Positions 56,403 through 64,000 of a stretch of DNA of 64,000 nt are shown one piece after another (positions within the stretch are counted from its first letter, which is position 1; each line of letters begins with the position of its first letter). The translations under genes and the position numbers were made by a program. The notes beneath the pieces are model-generated. The model was not told where the DNA came from. It was given only the letters and a program-made list of their open reading frames with translations, and made no database searches. The stretch covers positions 5,172 through 69,171 of the forward strand of contig CAIODU010000219.1 in assembly GCA_903857165.1 (NCBI GenBank), given 5' to 3'. The stretch comes from an uncultured Methylococcaceae bacterium. GTDB taxonomy: Bacteria; Pseudomonadota; Gammaproteobacteria; Methylococcales; Methylococcaceae.

Positions 56403-56450
56403 GAGAAAAAGACGGTTTCACGCAACGACGCAACGGCGCACCGTAAAATT
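56403..56450 (+). repeat. direct repeat B bracketing the NACHT-FGE gene
   Basis: GAGAAAAAGACGGTTTCACGCAACGACGCAACGGCGCACCGTAAAATT. By my manual alignment about 40 of 48 positions match repeat A, and both copies are in the same orientation. Confidence 0.7.
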
Positions 56451-56507
56451 CGTTAAAATGCCTGTACAAAATAACATTGCCTGAATGAAGTCTCCATACA
56501 CCCCTCT

Positions 56508-56606
56508 GGTTCCCACGCTCCAGCGTGGGAACCGGTTTTGCCCCGCTCCAGCGGGTATGCGGCGCTGAAGCGCCTAAATCTGCATTCCCACGCTGGAACG
56601 TGGGAA
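56508..56606. repeat. cluster of four small hairpins between the NACHT gene and ccmD
   Basis: GGTTCCCACGCtccaGCGTGGGAACC, CCGCtccaGCGG, GGCGCtgaaGCGCC, TTCCCACGctggaaCGTGGGAA. Confidence 0.7.
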
Positions 56607-56622
56607 CGAGGTCACTCAAACC

Positions 56623-56793
56623 ATGTCCCTAGAACAATTTTTCTCCATGGGCGGTTACGCCTTTTACGTTTGGACCGCCTACGCGGTAGCCTTCGCGATC
56701 CTGATTTTCAACTTGGTTTTGTCCTTGCGCCGTAAAACGGAGGTGCTAAAGAGCATCGAACGACTGTTCAAATTGGAGAGGCCCAGACCATGA
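56623..56793 (+). CDS. ccmD: heme exporter protein D
   Basis: 56 aa, too short for the ORF track: MSLEQFFSMGGYAFYVWTAYAVAFAILIFNLVLSLRRKTEVLKSIERLFKLERPRP. ATGA overlap with ccmE. Confidence 0.8.
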   Translation: MSLEQFFSMGGYAFYVWTAYAVAFAILIFNLVLSLRRKTEVLKSIERLFKLERPRP

Positions 56794-57245
56794 CACCACG
56801 CCAACGCCGCATGGTTTTAGTCGGGCTGATTCTGGCCGGGGTGGCCGGGGCGGTATTTTTGGCCCTCACCGCTTTCCAAAAGAATCTGCTGTATTTTTAC
56901 ACGCCCAGCCAAGTGGCTTCGGGCGAGGCACCCAAGGATTATACTTTCCGCGTCGGCGGTTTGGTGGTCAAAGGCAGTGTCAAACGCTCCGAAGGCATCG
57001 CCGTCCGTTTCGATGTCACCGACGGCGTAGCCACCGTGCCGGTGGTTTTCACCGGCATCTTGCCCGACTTGTTCCGCGAGGGCCAAGGCATTATCTCCAT
57101 TGGCAAAATGACCGGGCAGGGCGTGTTTGAAGCCTCTGAGGTGCTGGCCAAGCATGACGAAAACTACATGCCGCCGGAAGTGGGCGATGCCTTGAAAAAA
57201 AGCGGCCAACTGCCGCCCGAAGCCTATAAGGATTATCAGAAATGA
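56790..57245 (+). CDS. ccmE: cytochrome c-type biogenesis heme chaperone
   Basis: N-terminal TM anchor, an OB-fold, and the heme-binding LAKHDENYMPPEV (H-x3-Y). Confidence 0.93.
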   Translation: MTPRQRRMVLVGLILAGVAGAVFLALTAFQKNLLYFYTPSQVASGEAPKDYTFRVGGLVVKGSVKRSEGIAVRFDVTDGVATVPVVFTGILPDLFREGQGIISIGKMTGQGVFEASEVLAKHDENYMPPEVGDALKKSGQLPPEAYKDYQK

Positions 57246-59224
57246 TCGCCGAACTCGGACATTTTTCCTTGGTGATGGCCTTGATGATGGCCTTGATACA
57301 AGCCATCTTCCCCTTGTGGGGCGCACATCGGGGTGACTATTTGTGGATGTCGATGGCGAAGCCAGCGGCGCGTTCGCAGTTTTTGTTTCTGTTGACGGCT
57401 TTTGTTTGTCTAGCCACTGCTTTCGTCACCAACGACTTCTCGGTGTTGTATGTGGCCGAGCATTCCAACAGTTCGTTGCCTTTGTACTACCGCATCACGG
57501 CAGTATGGGGAGCGCATGAAGGTTCGATGTTGCTGTGGGCTTTTATCTTAGGGCTGTGGACTTTCGCAGTGACCTTGTTCAGCCGGTCTTTAAGCGAAGA
57601 AATGCTGGCCCGAGTCTTGGGCGTGATGGCATTGACCAGCATCGGCATCGAGTTGTTCATCCTGTTCACCTCCAACCCGTTTGACCGCATCATGCCGGCC
57701 CCGTTGGATGGCAATGACATGAACCCGCTGTTGCAAGATTTCGGCATGACCATCCACCCGCCCATGCTGTACATGGGCTATGTGGGCCTGAGCGTGGCGT
57801 TTAGTTTTGCCATTGCCGCCTTGTTGGGCGGTTCTTTGGATTCGGCTTGGGCGCGTTGGTCGCGGCCTTGGACTTTGGTGGCGTGGATATTCCTCACCTT
57901 TGGCATAACCCTGGGTTCGTGGTGGGCCTACTACGAACTCGGTTGGGGCGGCTGGTGGTTTTGGGACCCAGTGGAAAACGCCTCGTTCATGCCGTGGTTG
58001 GTGGCGACGGCTTTGCTGCATTCGTTGGCAGTCACGGAGAAGCGCGGCGCGTTTAAAGCTTGGACGGTTTTGCTGGCTTTGTTTGCATTCTCCCTGAGTT
58101 TGCTCGGTACTTTCTTGGTGCGTTCCGGTGTGTTGACCTCGGTCCATGCCTTCGCGACCGACCCGACTCGCGGCCTGTTCATCTTGGTATTCCTTGGTGT
58201 GGTGGTCGGCGGTTCGCTGGTGCTGTATGCGATTCGCGCACCGATGGTGAAGGACAACGCCCGCTTCGACTTCGTCTCCAAGGAAAATTTGCTGCTGTTG
58301 AACAACATCTTGCTGGTCACCGCCTCGGCGAGTATCCTGCTTGGAACGCTTTACCCGTTGGTGCTGGACGCGCTCGGTTTGGGCAAGATATCAGTCGGTT
58401 CGCCGTATTTCACTGCCGTGTTTGCGCCGGTAATGGCCCCGATGTTCCTGTTGGCTGGCATTGCGCCCATGTTTGCTTGGCGACAGGCCGACATTTCCAG
58501 CATTTTCAGGCGGATGTGGCCGGTTTTCGTGGCCTCTTGGATTTTGGGCATAGGCTTGGTCGCGGTGTTTTTCAAGGCTGACGACATCAAAGCCATGGCC
58601 GGTTTGGGCATGGCGATTTGGTTGGCTGCCGGAGCGTCACTGTCGCTGTATTCCCGTGTGAGTCTGCGGGCCAATGTGTGGGAAGGTTTGCGTAGCCAGT
58701 CGCCTAGCGTTTATGGCATGACTTTCGCCCATCTGGGCGCGGCGGTGTTCTTGGTCGGCGCGGTGCTGTCCAACCAATATAGCGTGGAGAAAATCGTCCG
58801 CCTTGCACCGGGGGAGTCCGCTGAAATTGGTGGCTATAGTTTCAAATTCATCGGCGTTAACGAAGTCCCCGGCCCCAACTACCGCGCCAAAGAAGGCAAT
58901 TTCCAAGTATTCAAGGGTGATAGGCAGATCGCCGAACTGAAGCCGCAAAAGCGGTTTTACAAAGTCCAGCGCAATACCATGACCGAGGCGGCGATTGATC
59001 CCAGTTTGCTGCGCGATTTGTATGTGGCCTTGGGCGAACCGATGGACAAGGGGGCATGGACCGTCCGCGTCTATGTCAAACCCTTCATCCGTTGGATTTG
59101 GCTGGGGGGTTTGTTCATGATGGCGGGAGGGCTGTGTTCTGTGTCTGACCGGCGTTATCGCTTGGCATCGTCTGTGCGGCGCGAGTTGGTTGGATCGGCT
59201 GAGGTGGCGGCGAAGAGGGCGTGA
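57242..59224 (+). CDS. ccmF: cytochrome c heme lyase subunit
   Basis: 660 aa, polytopic, with the WWD region WGGWWFWDPVENASFMPW. Confidence 0.95.
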   Translation: MIAELGHFSLVMALMMALIQAIFPLWGAHRGDYLWMSMAKPAARSQFLFLLTAFVCLATAFVTNDFSVLYVAEHSNSSLPLYYRITAVWGAHEGSMLLWAFILGLWTFAVTLFSRSLSEEMLARVLGVMALTSIGIELFILFTSNPFDRIMPAPLDGNDMNPLLQDFGMTIHPPMLYMGYVGLSVAFSFAIAALLGGSLDSAWARWSRPWTLVAWIFLTFGITLGSWWAYYELGWGGWWFWDPVENASFMPWLVATALLHSLAVTEKRGAFKAWTVLLALFAFSLSLLGTFLVRSGVLTSVHAFATDPTRGLFILVFLGVVVGGSLVLYAIRAPMVKDNARFDFVSKENLLLLNNILLVTASASILLGTLYPLVLDALGLGKISVGSPYFTAVFAPVMAPMFLLAGIAPMFAWRQADISSIFRRMWPVFVASWILGIGLVAVFFKADDIKAMAGLGMAIWLAAGASLSLYSRVSLRANVWEGLRSQSPSVYGMTFAHLGAAVFLVGAVLSNQYSVEKIVRLAPGESAEIGGYSFKFIGVNEVPGPNYRAKEGNFQVFKGDRQIAELKPQKRFYKVQRNTMTEAAIDPSLLRDLYVALGEPMDKGAWTVRVYVKPFIRWIWLGGLFMMAGGLCSVSDRRYRLASSVRRELVGSAEVAAKRA

Positions 59225-59434
59225 CCCGTTCAGTAGCATGGCAGCGCCCGGTTTCTCGTCTACTGCCAAGAAGCCTTGGGCGTTCTGCCGGCCCAAGGGG
59301 ACTTTGCCGACGAGTTGCGCATTTACGCCGTGGCCGATACCCGTGAACGGGCGGAATCAATCGTTAAATTAACCATACAATTGCCTGATGGAATTTTACG
59401 CGCTCTGGAACATCAGGCTCCTGCAAATCTATAA

Positions 59435-60079
59435 TTAGAAATATGTTCTGCTGATAAAATGATATAAGTTGATTATTAAATCACTTACAAATTCTATTTT
59501 AAATAGAATAAGAATAGCAAACAACAAAATACAAGAAATTATTAACAGCGATTTTAATATTTTTGAACTTGAATCTGGTTGATTTTCCGTTATTGATGGA
59601 TAATCACGGAAATTGTTATTTGAGTATTGTGATTTCTGTTCAAATACAGAAAGTGATTGATTTAATGAAAGTTTGTGTTTTTTAAACGTAAAATTCTTGT
59701 GTGCAAAATAGCTAACCATGACAGAAATAACCGTAACCAGTGCTTGGGCTACTAGGACTTTTGTTTTAAATTGACCAACCAATAAAGACATACCAGCAAG
59801 GCTTAATAAAAGTGTGCCAAGAGTGGTAATATTGAAGCGGATAAATTCAAAAAAAACGGAGCCATTTGTCCGAAACACTAAATGCTTCTGGGAAATAAAA
59901 GCATTGGTAACCGCTATAATATGTGATATTACTACAAGTATAAGGTAATGTAGTTTATCCCCTAACGTCTGATACAAGATTACAAAGGTCAAATAGCCAA
60001 ATGCTGTATTATAAGCACCAACTATTAGGAAGCGATAATGCTCGATATTCCAGATAAATTTCTTAAACGTGTTCCTCAC
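59435..60079 (-). CDS. GtrA-family membrane protein with an extended C-terminus
   Basis: YRFLIVGAYNTAFGYLTFVILY...ISQKHLVFR. GTG start overlapping the upstream GT2 stop (GTGA). AT-rich. Confidence 0.7.
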   Translation of the reverse strand: MRNTFKKFIWNIEHYRFLIVGAYNTAFGYLTFVILYQTLGDKLHYLILVVISHIIAVTNAFISQKHLVFRTNGSVFFEFIRFNITTLGTLLLSLAGMSLLVGQFKTKVLVAQALVTVISVMVSYFAHKNFTFKKHKLSLNQSLSVFEQKSQYSNNNFRDYPSITENQPDSSSKILKSLLIISCILLFAILILFKIEFVSDLIINLYHFISRTYF

Positions 60080-61041
60080 TTCTTGCTATCATCTTGAGGG
60101 TCGAAATTTGTATCGAAGTTCACCCTTTCTTTCTCAATAACCAAGGGTCTTTTAAGCACTTGGGTATGGATGGCGGCCACATATTCTCCAAGAATACCAA
60201 TGAAAAAAAGCTGTACGGATGCCAAAAAGAACACACCAATAAGGACAGGAGCAGCACCTGCCTGGAACATATCCCAATAAATAAACTTAAGAATCGCATA
60301 GACCAACGATACCGCAAGACTAACAAGTCCCAAAGCAAATCCAGCCATTGCCGCTAGGCGAATCGGGATTTTACTATGACTGGTGATGCCTAGCATGGCA
60401 ATGTCATACAAGGTATAGAAATTGTTTTTGGTAATACCCCTAATCCTTTTGGGTTGAATATATTCGATCTGCGCCACTGGAAAACCCAATTCAGAGATCA
60501 AGCCACGGAAGTAGGGATAAGGATCATCCAGTTTTCGAGTGACTTCAATGACTTTTCGGTCATACAGACCAAAACCAGTATAATTCTGTATCACAGGTAC
60601 ATCTGATATCTTGGCTATCAGCCTGTAATAGGAACGGCGAATCAAAAACATCAACGGAGTTTCAAGGCTTTTTGGCTTGACACCTACAACGACATCATAA
60701 CCTTCCTCCCATTTTGCAATAAAGTCGCTTATTAGTTCGGGAGGGTCTTGTAAATCCGAAGCCATACAGATAACAGCATCCCCGCTTGCTTGCAGTACCG
60801 CATGCATCGGAGAACGAATGTGTCCAAAATTTCGGACATTGACTATTAGTTTGACACGAGTGTCTTTCGCAGCAAGTTTCTTAATTAACTCAACAGTCTT
60901 GTCTGTGGAAGCGTTGTCGATGAATAGGTGTTCATAATTATACTGAGGTAATTTTGAGAACACTGTATGGATTTGATGATAAAGAGAATCTATATTTTCT
61001 TCCTCGTTAAAGCAGGGAGTTACTATGCTAATCAGTTTCAT
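60076..61041 (-). CDS. family-2 glycosyltransferase (polyprenyl-phosphate glycosyltransferase, GtrB/ArnC-like)
   Basis: ISIVTPCFNEEENI, FIDNASTDKT, ICMASDLQDPPE, and two C-terminal TM helices. The start is taken at the ATG at 61041. Confidence 0.88.
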   Translation of the reverse strand: MKLISIVTPCFNEEENIDSLYHQIHTVFSKLPQYNYEHLFIDNASTDKTVELIKKLAAKDTRVKLIVNVRNFGHIRSPMHAVLQASGDAVICMASDLQDPPELISDFIAKWEEGYDVVVGVKPKSLETPLMFLIRRSYYRLIAKISDVPVIQNYTGFGLYDRKVIEVTRKLDDPYPYFRGLISELGFPVAQIEYIQPKRIRGITKNNFYTLYDIAMLGITSHSKIPIRLAAMAGFALGLVSLAVSLVYAILKFIYWDMFQAGAAPVLIGVFFLASVQLFFIGILGEYVAAIHTQVLKRPLVIEKERVNFDTNFDPQDDSKK

Positions 61042-61143
61042 TATAATCCACAATTGACGTTATCAATAAATATTTGTTAGAGACTATTGGTGGCAAAGGG
61101 CTACCGACCAACTGGCTAGGCGAATAGCCGGACCATCACTGCC

Positions 61144-61167
61144 GTAGGTCGGCAACCCATTGCCGAC
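61144..61167. repeat. GTAGG-family REP
   Basis: GTAGGTCGGCAACCCATTGCCGAC. A degenerate partner (GGTGGCAAAGGGCTACCGACC) lies ~45 nt upstream. Confidence 0.7.
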
Positions 61168-61207
61168 GTGTGCGTTTCGCCAAATGTTAATGGTTTGGTG
61201 CGAAAAA

Positions 61208-62164
61208 TCAGTTAATCAAAGCATTAACAGTAAATCGTATTGCACTGGGTAAGTCAATCTTAATCTGCAAACCAAGTTTATTTTTTGCTTTATCAATGGA
61301 GGGGACATATCTGTCAATTATTGCTTCAGTAATCATAGGTAGATTAGTTTTCACACCAAATTCTTGCGCAACTAAAACAGCCAAATCTCTGATCGATATA
61401 GCATCGTCTGATCCTAAGTTATAAATTGGGCAATCTGGTTTGGCATCCGAGGCAATTGTCAACAGCCATTCCGCTAAATCATCAGCATGCATATAGCTTC
61501 TAACTACCTGATGCTGTGCCTTGACTGTGATAGCCCTTCCACAAAGACCATCTTCAATGAAGTTGCCTATTGCAAAATGTTGATTTCGTGGTAGCCACGG
61601 ACCCACAAATGCGAAGCATCTGGCAATACTCACTGACAAGCCATGCCGTACCCCCAAATCAATGATTGCGCGTTCTGCCTCGCGTTTCGCAAAGGTATAG
61701 TCACGCTTATTTTCCGGTAAATTTTCAATGGCACCAAATGCATAAGATTCTGGTATTTTCAATAAATTATCAGGTTGCACACCGTAGACAGCACCGGAAC
61801 TAACATATAAGATACTGCTGTGAGCGTGAAATTTAGGGGCAAGCCGACAATAGTTATAAGTGGCAGCCTGTATATTTCTTCGCTCTTCAAGTGGCCGTGT
61901 CATATATTGAGCGGCATCAGTGGAAGCCGCTGCATGTATAATCAAGTCAGCGTCGGGTAAACTATCGACGATGCCAATGTCAGCAGATATGAGTTCAACT
62001 CTGGGTGATAGCAACTCAGATGCCTCCTGTCTTAGACATTCAGCATTACGCGACATGGCTATCACACGTTCCACTTCCCAGGCATCCAACCTCCCTCTTC
62101 GAAACGAATCCAAAATGGATTTGCCAAAGAATCCAGTGCCGCCTATGACTAAGAGAGTTTTCAA
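61208..62164 (-). CDS. NAD-dependent epimerase/dehydratase (extended SDR)
   Basis: MKTLLVIGGTGFFGKSI (GxxGxxG) and YTFAK (YxxxK). Confidence 0.85.
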   Translation of the reverse strand: MKTLLVIGGTGFFGKSILDSFRRGRLDAWEVERVIAMSRNAECLRQEASELLSPRVELISADIGIVDSLPDADLIIHAAASTDAAQYMTRPLEERRNIQAATYNYCRLAPKFHAHSSILYVSSGAVYGVQPDNLLKIPESYAFGAIENLPENKRDYTFAKREAERAIIDLGVRHGLSVSIARCFAFVGPWLPRNQHFAIGNFIEDGLCGRAITVKAQHQVVRSYMHADDLAEWLLTIASDAKPDCPIYNLGSDDAISIRDLAVLVAQEFGVKTNLPMITEAIIDRYVPSIDKAKNKLGLQIKIDLPSAIRFTVNALIN

Positions 62165-62201
62165 AATTGTTTTAAATCAAAGGTAAGGTATATTATAAGT
62201 A

Positions 62202-62849
62202 TTAATTTGGGATAAAAATTTCGATTAGATTGTTAAGGTCGTCAATTATATATGAAGTCTTAGTTATATCTACACCATCATCATAGCCTTTAGAAAAAAA
62301 AATAAAAGGGATATGAGCAGCAATTGACGCATCTTGGTCAACAGAGCTATCACCTACAAATACCGCTACGTTTGCTGATATTCCTAGATTTAGCAGAATA
62401 AACTCCAATGGTTCTGGATTTGGCTTTGAGTTTTCAACAGTATCACCGCCAACAACAATACTAAAGTAATCAATCAAGCCTGTCTCCATTAATACTTTAT
62501 TGCATAGAAACTCAGGCTTATTGGAACATATTGCCAACTTGAAGCCATGTAAATAAAGCCTATTAACGACGGTAACTGCGCCTGAAAATAATGAATCATG
62601 GGGTGTGTTCAATTCCCGGTAACGTTTGCGGAACTCATTCAGTAGAATAGTCGAATCATTATTCCCTGCACCCATAGCCCTATTGACAAGTTCTAAAGCC
62701 CCTAAACTTATCCAATTCCGGTAATTATGGATGGATAAAGCTTGCATTCCTACCTCAATGCGCATCGAATTAAAAATCTCACCGATTAATGGGGCAGTGT
62801 CGATAAGAGTGCCATCAAGATCAAATAAAATAGCCTTAGCTTCCAGCAT
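62202..62849 (-). CDS. HAD-superfamily phosphatase (phosphoglycolate phosphatase-like)
   Basis: AILFDLDGTLIDT (DxDxT), ICSNK, VGDSSVDQD. Confidence 0.85.
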   Translation of the reverse strand: MLEAKAILFDLDGTLIDTAPLIGEIFNSMRIEVGMQALSIHNYRNWISLGALELVNRAMGAGNNDSTILLNEFRKRYRELNTPHDSLFSGAVTVVNRLYLHGFKLAICSNKPEFLCNKVLMETGLIDYFSIVVGGDTVENSKPNPEPLEFILLNLGISANVAVFVGDSSVDQDASIAAHIPFIFFSKGYDDGVDITKTSYIIDDLNNLIEIFIPN

Positions 62850-62890
62850 TAGTTAGCAGTTTGACAGTAAATATTCAGGGGAAATCATAG

Positions 62891-63970
62891 CTAGATAGCG
62901 TATAACACGGAATCAAAGCTAGAATTGAAATGACCACGGATATAGAATTTATATCCAATATTCCAACTTTCCAGCAATAAAGGAATATTCCAGATATCAT
63001 CGGGTCTGTGATACAAACTCAGCGCCAGTCTGGGCTTGTATGTGGTTATTGTAGACTTCGCTCCATGCAATGCATCAATTTCCCCTCCCTCAACATCCAT
63101 CTTAATAAGGTTGGGAGCAAAGCGTGGCATGACATCATCAATGCGGACCATTTGAACCGAAACACCACCTTCCTTAACTTGGTGGCTTCCCTCGCCTGAG
63201 CCTGCGTCAAAATTAACCAAACAATTTCTTGAAGATACACCGCAAGGTAGAAATACATGGTCAATATCTGGAAACTTTACTGTTAACTGTTCAAAGTTTT
63301 CTGGATCAGGCTCAAATGCAAGGATTGCCTCAATGTCATATCCACGAGCAAGTAGTAATTCAATCGTGTCACCATTATAGGCACCACAATCCAAAAAACG
63401 TAATGGATTTGAACATCTTGGCAAGTCTTGCGGAACATATTGATTGGCAGTATCTGGAATGGGTAACAGGGAATAGTCACCAGTCATCCTGAAATTCAAT
63501 ATAGAATCTAACCAATGTTCACTTTCATTATCTGCCAAAATGCCATAAAGTTTCTGTATTTCATGTTGACCTTCAAGAATTATCGATCTCGGTGACAACC
63601 AATATCTAAAATTCTTGTCATCGGAGAAAGCATTGGCATAATCTACCATGGTTAAAACTGATGAAAAGCCATAACTTGATAGATGTTTAATAAGGGGAGA
63701 CATCACTACATCCCGGTTATGCACTGCAACTAACAGGTCAAAATTACATGGATTAAAATTTATTAAAAATTGATCTAGCGTAAGTATGGGCTTATCCAAG
63801 TAGGATTGACCATCACTAGCACTCTGATCAACAAAAGCAACGATTCGTCGACCTTGATGTGTAAGATATTCAGCTATTGCTTTACCTGTATTGCCAGCAC
63901 CATAAATAACGAGTGGATTACTGAACTCTTCAAATCTAGATTTATTAAATATATCCTGAATATTGATCAT
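62891..63970 (-). CDS. FkbM-family methyltransferase with an N-terminal Rossmann-like extension
   Basis: VIYGAGNTGKAIAEYL, then FLDCGAYNGDTIE...AFEPDPENF...KMDVEGGEIDAL. Confidence 0.8.
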   Translation of the reverse strand: MINIQDIFNKSRFEEFSNPLVIYGAGNTGKAIAEYLTHQGRRIVAFVDQSASDGQSYLDKPILTLDQFLINFNPCNFDLLVAVHNRDVVMSPLIKHLSSYGFSSVLTMVDYANAFSDDKNFRYWLSPRSIILEGQHEIQKLYGILADNESEHWLDSILNFRMTGDYSLLPIPDTANQYVPQDLPRCSNPLRFLDCGAYNGDTIELLLARGYDIEAILAFEPDPENFEQLTVKFPDIDHVFLPCGVSSRNCLVNFDAGSGEGSHQVKEGGVSVQMVRIDDVMPRFAPNLIKMDVEGGEIDALHGAKSTITTYKPRLALSLYHRPDDIWNIPLLLESWNIGYKFYIRGHFNSSFDSVLYAI

Positions 63971-64000
63971 TTGTCAGAGTCCACGGTCGAGGATTAATTG

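Noticed and set aside
59300-59434. Frame reading ...RERAESIVKLTIQLPDGILRALEHQAPANL*, reminiscent of the N-terminus of UPF0175-type antitoxins, just before the AT-rich island.
   Set aside because: There is no start codon or RBS and only ~20 residues of resemblance. It may be a truncated fragment, but this is unsupported.

Overview
This is a 64-kb chromosomal segment. Its gene content looks gammaproteobacterial, but that is inferred from the genes alone because no database search was possible. Housekeeping genes: a glycogen cluster (malQ and glgC on the minus strand, divergent from glgB-glgA), aguA-aguB (agmatine to putrescine), lpd, ssb, moaA, qor, fdxA, pgm, lpxD, mdh, ccmD-ccmE-ccmF, an FKBP isomerase, an Lpp-like lipoprotein and two L,D-transpeptidases. 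Accessory DNA is interleaved with them: an NgoMIV-family type II R-M pair, a VapBC-like TA pair, an orphan ABC/SMC-like AAA ATPase, a REP-associated tyrosine transposase (RAYT) bracketed by perfect palindromes, several other repeat families, and two visibly AT-rich glycan-modification islands. The strongest candidates for something new are listed here. (1) Two large single-polypeptide STAND NTPases share a NACHT core and a C-terminal FGE/SUMF1-fold domain that lacks the catalytic cysteines, but carry different N-terminal effector domains: TIR at 15140-18124 and a DUF4062-like domain at 53302-56367. Both sit in repeat-dense insertions. (2) A 69-nt REP doublet (REPIN) lies exactly in frame, as 23 codons, inside the TIR-NACHT gene. 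(3) A translationally coupled carbamoyltransferase and tandem heme-oxygenase-like di-iron protein sit divergent from an AlkB-type membrane hydroxylase. (4) A 21-nt tandem array lies next to the TA module. (5) A decayed cysB-type regulator sits directly after fdxA. I recognised no rRNA, tRNA or CRISPR array. All calls rest on reading the translations and DNA by eye. Start codons are approximate where noted.
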